A stretch of 64,000 nt of DNA from Octopus bimaculoides (lineage: Eukaryota), in contig NC_069004.1 in NCBI RefSeq assembly GCF_001194135.2, positions 732,054-796,053 on the forward strand. Direction: 5' to 3'. The position numbers and the translations under genes were made by a program. Shown piece after piece: positions 12,291-24,895 of this stretch. Numbering within the stretch: the stretch's first letter is position 1; each line of letters begins with the position of its first letter. The notes beneath the pieces were generated by a model, which was not told the DNA's origin, did not search any database, and worked only from the letters and a program-made list of their open reading frames with translations.

Positions 12291-12588
12291 AAGAAATACC
12301 ACAAGACATTTATTATTAAATCTGTATTTGTTGTTAAACTAATCTTTGGTTCCGTTTTCTGTTACATTACTGTTACATCCATCTGTTAGTAAATCTGTGG
12401 ACACATCTGTTCTTGTTCCTGTTGTTATATCTTTTGTTATATCTGCTGTTAGACCTGTTATTGTAATTGTTGCTAGATCTGTTGTTGCATCTGTTGTGAC
12501 ATCCATTGTTGATTTTGTTGTCACATTTATTGTGATATCTGTTGTCAACCCTGTTATATCTGGTGTTACGTCTGTGTGACATTTGTTG

Positions 12589-12693
12589 TTATATCTTTGT
12601 TAAATCTGTTGCTAAACCTGTTATGACATCTGTTGTTGAATCTGTGACATCTGTTTCTTTGGCATCAGCTGAGCAAATATCTTCAACTGCAAT
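12589..12693 (-). CDS. METTL25: Putative METTL25 terminal exon 8 (Thr/Asp repeat; IAVEDICSADAKETDVTDSTTDV...TKI*)
   Basis: Acceptor TTATCTTCTACAG, phase 0, matches the donor AAG|GTATGA at 12947. The alternative is read-through to TGA at 12941. Confidence 0.45.
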   Translation of the reverse strand: MAVEDICSADAKETDVTDSTTDVITGLATDLTKI

Positions 12694-12946
12694 CTGTAGA
12701 AGATAATGGATACTGCAATAAATTATACATTATCAAGAAACGTACGAACATCACACAATTTCATTTCCTTAGTCTTAAATATTCAACCTTTTCAGGGATA
12801 ATTGTTTGTTATTAATAGTTAAATCACACAGTTTGCAATATAAATTTATAGGGGTTCATACAGATAGGCAAAGGGAGAGCGAGAGAGATCCCTATGAGAG
12901 GAGTATTGGGGGGGGGGGAAAGAATAGAATACAACAGCAATCATAC

Positions 12947-13030
12947 CTTTTTCACAGCAACAATTCCATAACAGCGAGGAGATGTGACAGGGTCAAAGAG
13001 TTGTAAGAGAGAGACGTCTTTGATGGATTC
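12947..13030 (-). CDS. METTL25: METTL25 exon 7 (ESIKDVSLLQLFDPVTSPRCYGIVAVKK)
   Basis: Matches the METTL25 C-terminal motif LFDPVKSPRCYAVIALKK. AG acceptor, 84 nt in frame. Confidence 0.9.
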
Positions 13031-13268
13031 CTAATGAGAGAATATGAAGGAAGACCTGGGTTTAAACAATGATAAAACCACATACTACAGTGCATCATCA
13101 TCATCAACATCATTCTATTGCCCTAAGTAGATTGTCCCACAGGAACTTCCAATTGTCCTAATATAGTAGAGTACAGTATAATACACTATTGTAAAACACA
13201 ACAGAGTACAGGAGAAGATTCACTGGATATTGTTGTCTTAGATACACAACTGTTTTAAGCACACTCAC

Positions 13269-13415
13269 CTGTTCCAGGAGGTAATAAATGCGGTCCAGTG
13301 TGATGAGTGCTTCAATACATGGGGCCAAGGCAGACTTTACTTGGTAAAAAGCAGCAAGTTTCTTTTTGTCCTCTTCATATTTTACCAAATAATTCTGAAC
13401 CATTTCTTCAGAGAT
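13269..13415 (-). CDS. METTL25: METTL25 exon 6 (ISEEMVQNY...LAPCIEALITLDRIYYLLEQ)
   Basis: Matches METTL25 LAPCIETLILLDRLCYLKEQ. AG/GTGAGT junctions, 147 nt. Confidence 0.92.
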
Positions 13416-13737
13416 CTGAAAATTAAGAAATAAGGGAAGACATAAACATACTCACAAAGACAAACACACACACACACACACACACATGCACACTACAGCT
13501 GACCATACCACTGCAGTCTTCTCTCTTACACAAAACAGCTGATTTCTCCAATCAAATAATTCAATAAAGAAATCAATGAAATATTATTGATGTTGATGTC
13601 CAAATTGCTGTTAAAAGACAATCAATTGGAGGCTGAAGATAGTTAATTGATCAGATACCAAACAAATGATGGTAAAAGACTTCTTCAATGAAATAAAGTG
13701 GAAAAAAATACACACAGAGAGAAAAAGTATAAATAAC

Positions 13738-13920
13738 CTTTTCAGAAGAACCGTCCAATTTCTGGAAAGCCATTTTTACATAATCATAAAATGAAGAACA
13801 TTTGCTGGCTAATTTTCTTAATTTGATGGAATTCTTCAAAGAATTTTGTTCCTGCATGGATAAGGTATCAATGAAGATCTTCTGGAGGAGTGCTCGTTGG
13901 AATAGAGATTCTCCTATTAA
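13738..13920 (-). CDS. METTL25: METTL25 exon 5 (LIGESLFQRALLQ...KCSSFYDYVK)
   Basis: Matches METTL25 ESLFYRAVLQ and SKCSSFLDYVR. 183 nt, phase 0/0. Confidence 0.9.
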
Positions 13921-14019
13921 CTGAAAAAAAAAAAAAAAAAATCCAGGAAACGTAATTGAAGAATTTGACAAACTTAAGGTAATTATGGATTATTAACGAA
14001 CGTGCATTGACTGGATGTA

Positions 14020-14215
14020 GCTGGGCAAAAACTCTCCGTAGACATCTTGCTGGAGTCATCTGTTGGAGAAGCGTTCGGAAGGGCATCCAGCTGTAGAAAC
14101 ACTGCCAGATCAGACTGGAGCCCGGTGCAGCCTCCTGGCTCCCCAGACCCCGGTTGAACTGTCCAACCCATGCCAGCATGAAAAACGGACGTTAAACGAT
14201 GATGATGATGATGAT
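14020..14215 (+). mobile_element. 3' end of an RTE-like LINE or LINE-tail repeat ending in (GAT)n; further copies near 15960-16075, 22915-23050, 24585-24780, 31090-31230, 33525-33575 and 51400-51450
   Basis: Recurrent core GGGCATCCAGCTGTAGAAAC...GTCCAACCCATGCCAGCATGAAAAACGGACGTTAAACGATGATGAT. The RTE assignment rests on the short tandem-repeat tail (inference). Confidence 0.6.
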
Positions 14216-14308
14216 ATATGTATATGTATATACAGAGAGGGAGTGAGAGGAAAAGTATGTCTATGAGTGTGTGTGCACACACATGCACACACACATATGC
14301 ACACATAC

Positions 14309-14433
14309 CTTGCTAGAAGATATGATCCTGTTCACAGACTGGCAGGCCAGATTTTTTGTATTTTGACCCAAATGAAACTTCATCTTCCTCAGAATGGAAC
14401 TGACAGGGAAACCAGGTATACTTTGAGCAGCAC
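14309..14433 (-). CDS. METTL25: METTL25 exon 4 (AAQSIPGFPVSSILRKMKFHLGQNTKNLACQSVNRIISSSK)
   Basis: Aligns with METTL25 GFPMCHYLK...GRNARMSACLALER. 125 nt, phase 1/0. Not present in the ORF track. Confidence 0.85.
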
Positions 14434-14827
14434 CTTAGAAATAATAATAAAAACAGTTTATGGACTTGTTTTTGAAAGATTCCTGATGTGGAATCACGTG
14501 TTGAAACAGATATTGTTTTGTTTCAGGATGGTCATTCTTTCTTTATTTTTTTTTTGCCAAACAAATACATGCCATTGTATATGTTTGTTCTCCACTTTAG
14601 AATGAACTAAACTGAACAGGAGGAGACACATGGGATGGAGAACCACTGAAGATGTCACTGGATGTCCAGATAATGGACATAAAATAAGAACAATAATAAG
14701 TCTGAAGTGAAAAGCGAATATATATATAGTGCGTGTGTTTATTTGGCAAGAATATAAAAAGTGACCATCTCGAGGACAATAATAAAAATAGTCCTAAATG
14801 AGTAATATCAAACAAATACACACACAC

Positions 14828-14858
<31 letters not shown>

Positions 14859-15039
14859 GACACTCTGCCAAGATTCTACCAAGGTGAACTTTGCCTTTCA
14901 TTGTTGTTGTTGTCACCATCGTCATTTACCTTGAGTTAAGTAATCGAGTAGCACCCTGCCCACTTGTGCTTCTTGTAGAAAGAACTATTATTATTATTAA
15001 AGTAAAAACAAACATAATGAATAAAATTGCAGGACTAAC

Positions 15040-15595
15040 CGTTGGGATCAAATTCCTCTGTTAAAAGATGATAACAGCAAGAGACATTACAGAGGAGATG
15101 AGCTGCAGGATTCTGAGAGAAGAACCGAAGAGCTGTTGGGCAGAGATTGCCACAAGTATGGAGGCCTGCGACAAGCAGTTTCCTGCTGCCACACTGGGAA
15201 GTGGCGTTGGCTTCACATTTGTCATGTTCTGCAATCAACTGTAAGATATTGGTGTCAGAGTTTACATATGTGGTAAATGGACAATAAAACCCTCTCGGTT
15301 CCTTCTCAGTGGTTGTTGCAACAAATTTCTGAAGATTACCACAGTCACCACTGTTATTATTCTGACTCTGGATTTTCAGAGATTCTTCTTCATTTGGAAC
15401 TGGTCGGTTGTGATAAGAATTTTGGTTAATGGTAAATTTTTTAATAAGTCCTGACCACTGTTTTTTCAAAATCTTTGCTCTCTTATTCGCTCCTGATGTA
15501 TTCTGATCAGCAGAATCAATACCAAAGACTTTTAAATTGTAATTGAATGCAAGTTGGGTTCCAAGGTAGCCTTTGCCACTGCCTAAGTCAACAAC
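15040..15595 (-). CDS. METTL25: METTL25 exon 3, SAM-binding core (VVDLGSGKGYLG...GIDS...VAGLHTCGNL...VSCCYHLLTEEF)
   Basis: Class I methyltransferase motif DLGSGKGYL, plus the GLHTCG and CCYHLL motifs of the METTL25/RRNAD1 family. 556 nt, phase 0/1. Confidence 0.95.
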
Positions 15596-16250
15596 CTGTG
15601 GTATGAGTAAAAGAATAAAATTACATTATCAAAATGAGAGAAAATTCTAAAACAAAAAAATATGATAAACTTAATTTTTGTATTTGTTTTGCAAGAGTCT
15701 TGATGTGAACTTGTGTTGTTGAAATAGATTTTGTAGTATCTTGGGAGGGTAATTTTTCCAATAATAAACACATGCACTGAATTTATTTAACTTCTTTTAC
15801 TATTATTATTCAATTAGAATATCATTTAACTAACTAATCAAGAGTTTGATTAATCTTTCAGTCAATCAATCAATATTTTGACTTTATATATATATGTATG
15901 TATATATGGATTTTAACACAGGGAGATGGAATGAACAGGCTTCAATCGAGAGGATGTGTGCCTACATCCTCTGCATTTGAAGCCTGTCCAGCTGCAGAAA
16001 AACCTGCTTCGACAAATTCCATCTGACCCATGTAAGCATGGAAAAGTGGACGCTACACGATGATGATGATTGCTGTTGCTGCTGCTGATGTGTAACAGGC
16101 TTCTGAACAGTTTCCTTTCTCAAATTCCACTCACATGAAGCAATAATAAAAGACACCTGACTAAGCTGACCTAAAGTGGGTTTGAACTTGGAACCATGTG
16201 GCCTACAAGGGGAACCTCTTAACCACCTAGTCAGCCATAGTTCAACTTAC

Positions 16251-16525
16251 TTTACATATTCCAAAGTGTTGACACAGTGAGTGGCACAACTGTGCCATAA
16301 CAGCCACTTCATGGGATTTCTGTTTCGACATGAAATCCTTAACAAATGGTGTTTTGTCTTCAGTCAGTTGATATTTCATCTTGAGATCTTCAATGGCAGT
16401 TAATACAGCAAGCTGAGGGAGAGTATTTTCATGGGCAGATTTGATAAATTCTTCAAGATTATTGTGGTTCCATTTCAAAGTTTTGCATTCCAGGTTGGCA
16501 AGTCTTAAATTGTTTCCTTTGATGC
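16251..16525 (-). CDS. METTL25: METTL25 exon 2 (...FMSKQKSHEVAVMAQLCHSL...)
   Basis: Matches METTL25 FMNMKKSHEVQAMSEL. AG/GTAAGT junctions, 275 nt. Confidence 0.92.
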
Positions 16526-16910
16526 CTGAAGGAATAAACAGAACAAAGGAAAGCATTTACGTAACAAGTGAATGGAATTAGTGAAAAACAATGGGAAGGG
16601 ACTCATAAGACTCTAGGCAGACTCATCAGCAACGGGTGAAATATCGCTAAGTATTCAGTCGAGCGTGCTAACAATTCTGGCAGCTCACCACCTCAAATAA
16701 TAATAATAATAATGGCTTCAAATTTTGCTACAAGGGCAGCCATTTTGGGGGAGGGGATGTATTGATTACATCGACCTCAATGTTTCACAGGTACTTAATT
16801 TATCGACCCTGAAAGGATGAAAGGCAAAGTCAACCTTGGTGGAATTTGAACTCAGAATGTAACAGCAGACAGAATACTGCTAAGCATTTCACCTGACGTG
16901 GTAACGATTC

Positions 16911-17204
16911 TGCCAGCCCAAAACCAAGATCATAGACATTGCCATACCTGGGGATGTATGCGTAAATGACAAAGAGCTCGAAAAGATGGAGAAATACAGA
17001 CTACTAAAAGACAAAATTGCAAGAATGTGTGTAATGAGGAGAGTAACTGTTATTCCAGGAGTTGTAGGAGAGCACCACCAACCAGGTTTGAGAAAGATGT
17101 CAGAGAAATTGGGAATTGACATGAGAGCAGAGCAGGTCCCCGAAACTGCTCTGCTGGGGACAGCTAGGATTTTGAGATTGGTGCTTAGGTGCTTAGTGTC
17201 TTAA
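16911..17204 (+). mobile_element. C-terminal restriction-like endonuclease fragment of an R4/Dong-like non-LTR retrotransposon in METTL25 intron 1
   Basis: Translates as IIDIAIPGD..NDKELEKMEKY..LKDKIARM...VTVIPGVVG...ETALLGTARILRLVL*, typical of the RLE-LINE C-terminus. Confidence 0.8.
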
Positions 17205-17531
17205 CATTCAGGTACCAAAGCTTATGATTTGCAGAAAGAGATCCTGTGAGGCCTCTGACAACAGGTTGGTATCTGCTCTCACAGAATCAACCAGAGAAAG
17301 TAAGACCAAGAAGTCTGAGGAGTAAAATAACAACAACAACAACAATGGCAATAAGAAAAAGAGAGATGGTAGGTGGGATGAGAAAGCAGATGATGATGAT
17401 GATGATGATGACAATGACCACCATAATTGAGAAAGAGGAAGGAGGAAGATGACGAGGGAAGAGGATGAGTACAAGAAAGAGAAAGAAGAGGAGGAAGGAG
17501 ATGAAAGTAGACAAGATTTGAGAGTACAAAC

Positions 17532-17841
17532 CAAGTGGGATGTGATCCTCAAGTGTTGTACTCTGAGTGGACTGTGGTGGCCAATGCACAGCACCTGAAG
17601 GCAATAGTAGAAGCTGGTCATTAGAGAGATGCAACAGTTGCCCCTGGATGGCAGCTGGTATGTATGTGTTCCACTGGTCTTTGGTAATGAAATCTGATGT
17701 GTGGCTGTCAACCAAGGGGAGATATGGAGTTAAGAAATCAACAAGTTGTAGCAAACATTTCTCTACATGAAATTTGTATTCACATCTTTTTGAGTGTTTG
17801 TTCAATTTACACGTTTGTGTGTGTGTGTTTGCATTACACAT
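17532..17841 (-). CDS. METTL25: METTL25 exon 1 (..LLQLVDFLTPYLPLVDSHTSDFITKDQWN..); start codon uncertain (17841 or 17937)
   Basis: Aligns with the METTL25 N-terminus LLQFL...NAHTVDFYTESVWE. Phase-1 donor G|GTTTGT at 17532 matches exon 2. An alternative donor near 17594 is possible. Confidence 0.75.
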
Positions 17842-20800
17842 CTCCCTCTGTGTTTCATTTCTTTCTGTATTTGTGTTACACAATTCTGTGAGTTTATTGG
17901 TTTTGAAATTTGGAACATCGTTTCTCGTTTCAGTCATATTTCTTTCAAGAGAAAGATAAAAGAAAGAAAAAAAAAAGGAATGAATTAAAAATATGTCAAT
18001 TGCTGATTTCTAATATAAACACAAGAACAAAATCTATTGTATGAGTGGGCACAGATGTGGCTATGTGGTAAAATGCTTGTTTCCCAACCACAAGGTTTCA
18101 GGTTCAGTCCCAGTGTATGGTACTTTGGGTAAGTGTCTTCCACTACAGCACCAGGTCAACCAAAGCCTTGTGAATAAATTTGGTAGACAGAAACTGAAAG
18201 AAGCCTACGACAGTATTTGCTGTCAGGGCTCTCTTAGCTTAACGGTACAGAGTGCTTTGCCAGAATTTGAGAGGTACAGGGTTCGATTCCTTGTGGAAGC
18301 TTGCTGGCCACTTTTTTCCATCTTATAAGGGTATTTACCCAATTTTCCAAGATGTCTTCACAGTCGTCTTGTGTTTGAGAATTCCTTTATTTTCTGTAGA
18401 ATATATATATATAAACATACATATACATATGTGTGTATGTGTACAAATGATCGTTCAGGCGAAAAACTAGCAACAAAGGGAATCATCCGATTTTTCCAAA
18501 TATTATTCTTTCTCTCGAGTGTAACGTTAATTGTACACCCATACATAAACGTCGTTGTTGAGTGAAGGGGACTTGAAAGTCCCTTTGCGTTCTTTCCTGC
18601 CAACTGGTGCTGTTGTACCGAGAGCACTCAGCAGAGAAACTTCGGTATTTGTAGAAGGATTTCCCAAGAATATCAGTTTTTTTTTAAACCGGGTCTCCGG
18701 TGACAGGGGATGGGATCTAAATTCATAAGACGTTGGACTCTAACATTAAGCCAATGCACTACCCTGGACCGGAATTTTATTTATCGATCGCTAAATCTGA
18801 CAAGCAAAATTGATCTGAGTGGGCTTTGAATACACTTACTTCAAAGATGTACATGTTCAGCAAGTTACTTTATCTAAGATCGTACGTAGCAATTAAAACC
18901 ATTTAGAAAATGAGGCGGTCATTTGGAAAAAACACGATTTAATGTTACAATCACTTTCATTTTATTTTTGTCAAAGCAGTTTTACGAATATATCAAGACT
19001 CACGTAAATATTTATATCACCATATTCTTCTCTAAACATCTTTTAGTGAAACTGTTTGCTTCGATCAAAATTTCTAGAAATAAAAACACGTGAAAACCGT
19101 AAACAAACTTGGAACCGGATATTGGTTGAGCTCTAAACCGCAGTAAATATTTAACTTGAAAATATCGTCTTACATTCACTGCAGCTTACAAATTCTTGAT
19201 CGGAATTATGGCTTGGTTTTATTTAAAAATTTATTTAATGTAAATTTTGTTTAGAATTTAAGATTTAATATAGATATGATGTTTTATTATCATTTTTTTC
19301 ACACTAAAACGCAAGTTATTTATTTGCTGGAGCAGGTCTAAGCTTTGAATATTAATCTTGGCTAGATCTCTTCTATATAGCGCGTAGTTCCGAGATCGAT
19401 CCTTAGCATCTTAGACAAACATCTTCTTGCACGATTTTGGGTTGATCAATGTCTTGTAAGTGAAACTTGGAAGTGGAATCTACTAATATTTCTTCTTTGG
19501 TAATAAAGTTGATCGGTCGGTTGGTTTAACAGCACAAGATTGTTCTTGTGTGTTTAGTTGATTCCTCACTTCTGCAAGCATTCGGACCAGCTCTCCAGTT
19601 TGAGGATAACCTAAGAGCCAGGCTTTTCCCCCACCCCACTATTCTCCATGTTCTAGGGAAATATCTATTCTTGTCTGACCTAGCCATAAAAATATTTTCT
19701 CCAAAATTTATTGTGTAAAACTATGTAAGTTATCATCTTAAAATACGTCACCGTAATACCATTTAACCCTTTGTTGACTTTTACAACTTAATGAAAAAGG
19801 GCAGGACAGTTCCCGTGATTATTTATTTCAGGGCTCCCCATTGCTAATGGGAAGGAGTTATGTTAGTTGTAACAAACATATTTATCATTCTACAAAATTT
19901 GCTAACGCCCATTAGATGCACTCCAATATGCAGTGCTTAATCATGAGGTTCAGTGAGTTAATCTGGACACATTCTGTATTCTTGACTCATTTATTTAATG
20001 TGGCCTACATTATGTATAGAGCTTTAAGTAACAATTTCCCCATATCTTGCCCTCGAAGCCATACGAGTTTGATATCCTGGGACTATTAAAATTCAACCAC
20101 TTCCCAGCATCACTTCACCCTTTGACAAGGAAGACAGAATCACAAAAAATAAAGTTCGACGGAGTTATCTCCCCATCAATATTTGGCGCACTCTTTTAAT
20201 GGTTCTTCTTCTTCCGTAATCAACCAATGTCGTCCACAGACAGAACTGTCTACATTTAAAGGCTATATTTATTAACTCCATTAGCTAATAGTTTATTATC
20301 TTGATGCAAAGTCTTCTCAAGTCGTAGAAATTACGGAAGGAAATAATATCAACCATGAACAATCCCAGCAAACACTAACTGGAAACCACTTGGTCTCTTT
20401 CTCTCTTTTTTGTTATGTATTTATTTCCCCGAAGAAGTCGAAGTTGCGGAGAAGATTTGGTCTGTGATATATTTTTTTAAAAAAGACTATCCTTCTATTA
20501 AAGGATATCTTTATGTTGTTTGTTACTGGTGATCTGTCTTTATTATTATTATAACAAATGGATTATTGGTTATAAACATTGAACGAACAGCTGAGCCGAA
20601 TGTAAGTGTTTATCAATAATGTTTTTTAATGCTTAATAATCTTTTTCTTTTCTTATAATTCTGTTCACATTTTGGATGCCTTTTAAGATAAGCGTCAGCA
20701 TTTATCTTTGTAAAAGTAATGGATATAGGATTAAAAAACAAGAAAACAAAACAAACATCTTATTCGAATCGAGCGAAGTTCTAAGGCCAGTGGTTCCTTA

Positions 20801-21467
20801 CCTTTTCATTACCAAGGACCCTTTTTATTTAAATGAGTTTTCCCAGACCCCTTTTAATATGCTTATCCTTGTGTGTGTGTGCGTATATATATAAAACTTC
20901 GAATTCAGTTCACAGACCCCCCACCCCCACCACTGTTCTTGGCTTCAGCTGGTTATTCTCCGTCATACAACGAATTATTGTTGTTATTCAGTCGCAGACA
21001 TTCCATCTGTGGCCGTCCTGTCTTTGCTTTTTAAAGGTAGCTCGGACTAAATTATCCAATATATCTTTCCCTATTTAAGACAGGAAATGGTGTAATTTCA
21101 AAGAGATTTAGCTATTTCTAGCAATCCGGACGATTGCATTTACCTTTTTCATTCCCATAATATATTGGGAATAAGGTTCTGTAAATATTGTACTACATCC
21201 TCAGAGCTTAAAAAAGTTTCGGCACACACACGCACACGTCTTATATATATATATATATATATGTGTATGTGTATATGGGGTGGGGAAAAATAGTACCCGG
21301 GACAAAGTAACTTCTCATTTCTTGTTATTTTCACCCCACCCTACCTTTATATTTGTTTTAATTAAGTCAAATACTTGTTTCCATTTTTTTTTGGACTTAG
21401 CTGTCATTGTGTGAAGAAAATAAAAAGACTCCCATGATTTGTTGGTCAAAATGTATTTAAGGGAAAC

Positions 21468-21519
21468 ATGAACAACAAACCGTATTTCTTACCCTCAGAA
21501 GTAGCAAGGCTGGTATTAG
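21468..21519 (+). CDS. NPAT: NPAT exon 1 (MNNKPYFLPSEVARLVLG), start of the LisH-like domain
   Basis: Near-identical to the NPAT N-terminus MLLPSDVARLVLG. Donor G|GTAAGC. Confidence 0.9.
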
Positions 21520-22261
21520 GTAAGCATTCTTTTACTCTGTTTTATTTTTTAAATTCTTGTTTCAATCATGAAGAGTTTAGTCAATCAAATTTACCCCAGC
21601 ATTTATTTATATTCAAGTCTGGTGTTTATTCTGTTTGTCTCTTTTGCTGAGGAAAAATATAATCATCCCCTGTGAGCGTACATGTATACATTTATGTGCT
21701 TTTCCTACAACATTAGAGCATTTTAGCTCTTATTTCTAGCAGATTTCCTGCAGCAAATAGGCTTCTCTGGAGGTCGTTTGATGGATTAAATAAATATTTG
21801 TTCTGATACAATAATCATTTTTAGTATACTTGCCTAATAATTTGTCAGCGAAAATGTTGCCCAGTCACAAAAATAGGTGCCATTTGTTGGCGTCTGTGCA
21901 GATCAGATTCATTTTAACCGAATGTGCACAGATAGGTGGTGCCAACAGTCAGTGGGAAAACAATTGGTTTTGGATGAATACACATTTATTTATTGAGAGA
22001 AGGTTGATTTGCCCAGCAATGTGGGACACAGTGTATATGCCAGGTTTCTGAGTTCTAAGTGCATCCACAACGCCTTGGGTCGATCTGAGACTATAGCAAA
22101 GGTACTTTCCTTAGATGCCATTCAGTGGCATTGAATCCAAGACTGCATGGCTGGGAAGCAAATTTCTTAACCCCACAGCCATGCCCATGCCTTATCATTT
22201 CTTGTTAGGAAATGTTATTTGAGAAGGGAAGATTAAAGTGGTATTTCTCTCCTCGCTGCAG

Positions 22262-22432
22262 GGTATTTAACAGACCTGGGTCTTGCACAGACAACAAAGG
22301 TTTTCCTTAAGGAATGTAAGGACCTCAGTGAATATAACGAATTAAAGAAGAGAGGCTATGCATATCCTACGGATATAATGGGTTTCAGTCTAGTGAAGAT
22401 GTTGGACAATTTTGGATTCATGAAAACTCAAG
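22262..22432 (+). CDS. NPAT: NPAT exon 2 (GYLTDLGLAQTTKVFLKECKDLSEY...LVKMLDNFGFMKTQ)
   Basis: Aligns with NPAT GYLQQENLISTCQTFILESSDLKEY...LTTILNEYVAMKTK. 171 nt, phase 1/1. Confidence 0.9.
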
Positions 22433-23469
22433 GTAAGTGTTTTTCTGTTTTAGTTTTCTTTTCTACAAAATGGTTAAAGGAAGAGGGCTGCTGTCCCCCA
22501 CGTTCACAGGCACTGATGAGATGGACATTGCATCAGTAAACTTAAGACCAGTTCAAAGATGTTTGGGAGATGTGTGAACCAGCAAGAAGCTTGTACGTCT
22601 ACTCATGAATATATTCTGGCTTGGCAGTGGCTATGCACCATTGATCAATAATTTTGATTGATTTTGTAATAAGAGAAGCTTCACTTCTCAGTCTGTTCAG
22701 AATTATTGGCCATTTGGTGTCTGGTACTAATAAAAACTACGAGTTTGAAGTACATGTGTCCATAGGTGCAGGTGTAGTCAGTTGGGCCCCAAAGTTGTGG
22801 CTCGTACGTGGCCTAATTTTAAGCAACAATAACTTTTACAGCATCCTCTACACTTTCTGGTCTTGAAAACATTTGGCTGAGAAGGAAACTTGTGAATCAC
22901 ACTCCCATACCTCATCATCATCATCATCATCATCATTTAACATGTGCTTTCAGGGAACCAGCAACTTGCAGGGATGCTTCAAGCCCCAGTGTCTGCTTTG
23001 GTATGGTTTCCACGGCTGGATGCCCTTCCTAATGCCAACCACATGACAGAGTGTGGATTGGGTGGGTTTTTTTTTATTTCATGCCACAGCACTAGTGAGG
23101 TTGCCATGTAATTTGCAAAACAGAAAAAGAATTGGGGAAAAAGGAAAAGGAGGGAAAAGCTCCCACTACTAAGAAGTATTTGAGAGGGAACGATGGGTGT
23201 GGGTGGGTGTATGGCTGGGTGAAGTATGGCTGAAAGACAAGCACAGGTGTCTTGCTACAGAGGGGATAAATGGTTGAAGAAGATAACTGGGAGGTAGTGA
23301 TGGGTGTCAGAACAAACTCTCAAAGAATAAGAAAGGGAGCACGTGTCTCAGACATAATGTCATAAATTCTGATATTGAACTTGTTTAGAATTCTCCAGTA
23401 AAAGATTATTAAATTTCTTTGACGATATATTTTTTTTTAATACTTCTTTTTTTGTATTCTTTGTTTTAG

Positions 23470-23741
23470 CTTTTGAACGTTATAATTCCTGTTCATCCAT
23501 TGATTCCCTATGGAGAGATATCGAAGCCCTTTTAGAAAAGCTGAAATATCGAACATTTCAAAACCATTCCAGCAAGACTGTTGCAACAATCTCCAAAATT
23601 AGAACTCAACAAAAGATTCAGAAAGGAGACACATTTACAATTCTTCCTGAAAAAATTGGTGATGAATTGTTATCCACAACTCATTCTTCAAGAAATGATT
23701 TGGTTAAAAAGTTGAAGCAAAATAGCGTCACTCTCAAGAAG
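23470..23741 (+). CDS. NPAT: NPAT exon 3 (..SIDSLWRDIEALLEKLK..)
   Basis: Open frame with AG/GT junctions, phase 1/0. Aligns with NPAT SSLWKKLDHTLSQIR. Confidence 0.85.
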
Positions 23742-24296
23742 GTAACTTCTGTAAAAAAAAACCAAAAAACTCCTCTATTTCAGATAATTCTGTTGTGCTT
23801 TTCATAACGTTGAAGATAGTCTCTTTCAGTGGAGCAATTTTCAGATTTGTATAATTATACATTGACACAACAGAAACCTGTCAATGCCACTGTGCTACAA
23901 TGGCCATGCAGTGTTTACACTATACTGTTTGTGATTATACTACACTGTTGTTACACCATGCTGTCTGTTGTCACTCAAACCTGTCCGTTGTCGCACCACC
24001 CTCTTCCGTTACACTGCTTCTATTATATTTCACTATCTGTTACACTTATACAAAGTCTGTGTCTACACTGCACTGATCTTAACAACAAAGCTGTACCAGT
24101 TCTTGGATATAATTATGATGGAAGAATTTAATTCATATATGAACAATTTTAAAGCCAGACGCCATGTCTCATAGAAGTGGAGATGGTCTCAAATTGGTTG
24201 GCAGCAAAAAATGGTTATTCACCATTGTGTGTTTCTTTATTTTCTTTTGTGTATTTAATTCCAATTGAAATATTTCTAATCAATTTTCCTTTCCAG

Positions 24297-24552
24297 CCAA
24301 ACAACTACCAATATCTTTTAACGACGAAAAATCAACAAGAGGAATCACTGGAAAATTTAGACTGTGATATAATTTCTTTGAATTCACCCCACCAACCACC
24401 ACCACCACCACCGGATGAAGAAGAAATAACCGAGGAAGGAGAGGCAGAGGAAAGAAATGATGAAGATGTGTTACTTGAAAAAGGGAAGGTTCCAGAATCT
24501 GGTAATGACAATAACCAGGCAACCAGCAGCAAGAAATCAGGATCTTCAACTG
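24297..24552 (+). CDS. NPAT: NPAT exon 4 (acidic/Pro-rich)
   Basis: 256-nt open exon, phase 0/1, polypyrimidine-CAG acceptor and GTAATT donor. Confidence 0.8.
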
Positions 24553-24895
24553 GTAATTTCTGTCTTAAAGATTTAACTATACCATCATCATCCCCTCCTT
24601 TTCCATGCTGGCATGGGTTGGACAGTTCCACATGAACTGATGGACAAGAGGACTGTGCAGAGCTCCAATGTCTGCTTTCACATGGTTTTTGACCGGACAG
24701 GCTTCCAGCTGGAGAAAATCTGCCTCAATAAAGTCCATCTGACCCATACAAACATTAAAGCAATAATGAAAACACATTGAACAGTATATTTTATATATTT
24801 TTATATCTTGCTCCTTTGTTATGTTTTGATTATTATTTTTTTCTTTATATATTTTTATATCTTTTTCTTTTCTATTTTTTTTTTTTTGGTTAAAG

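Noticed and set aside
12339-12660. CRISPR-like or other spaced repeat array (also considered at 29383-29616)
   Set aside because: Contiguous coding minisatellites without unique spacers, in a eukaryotic locus.
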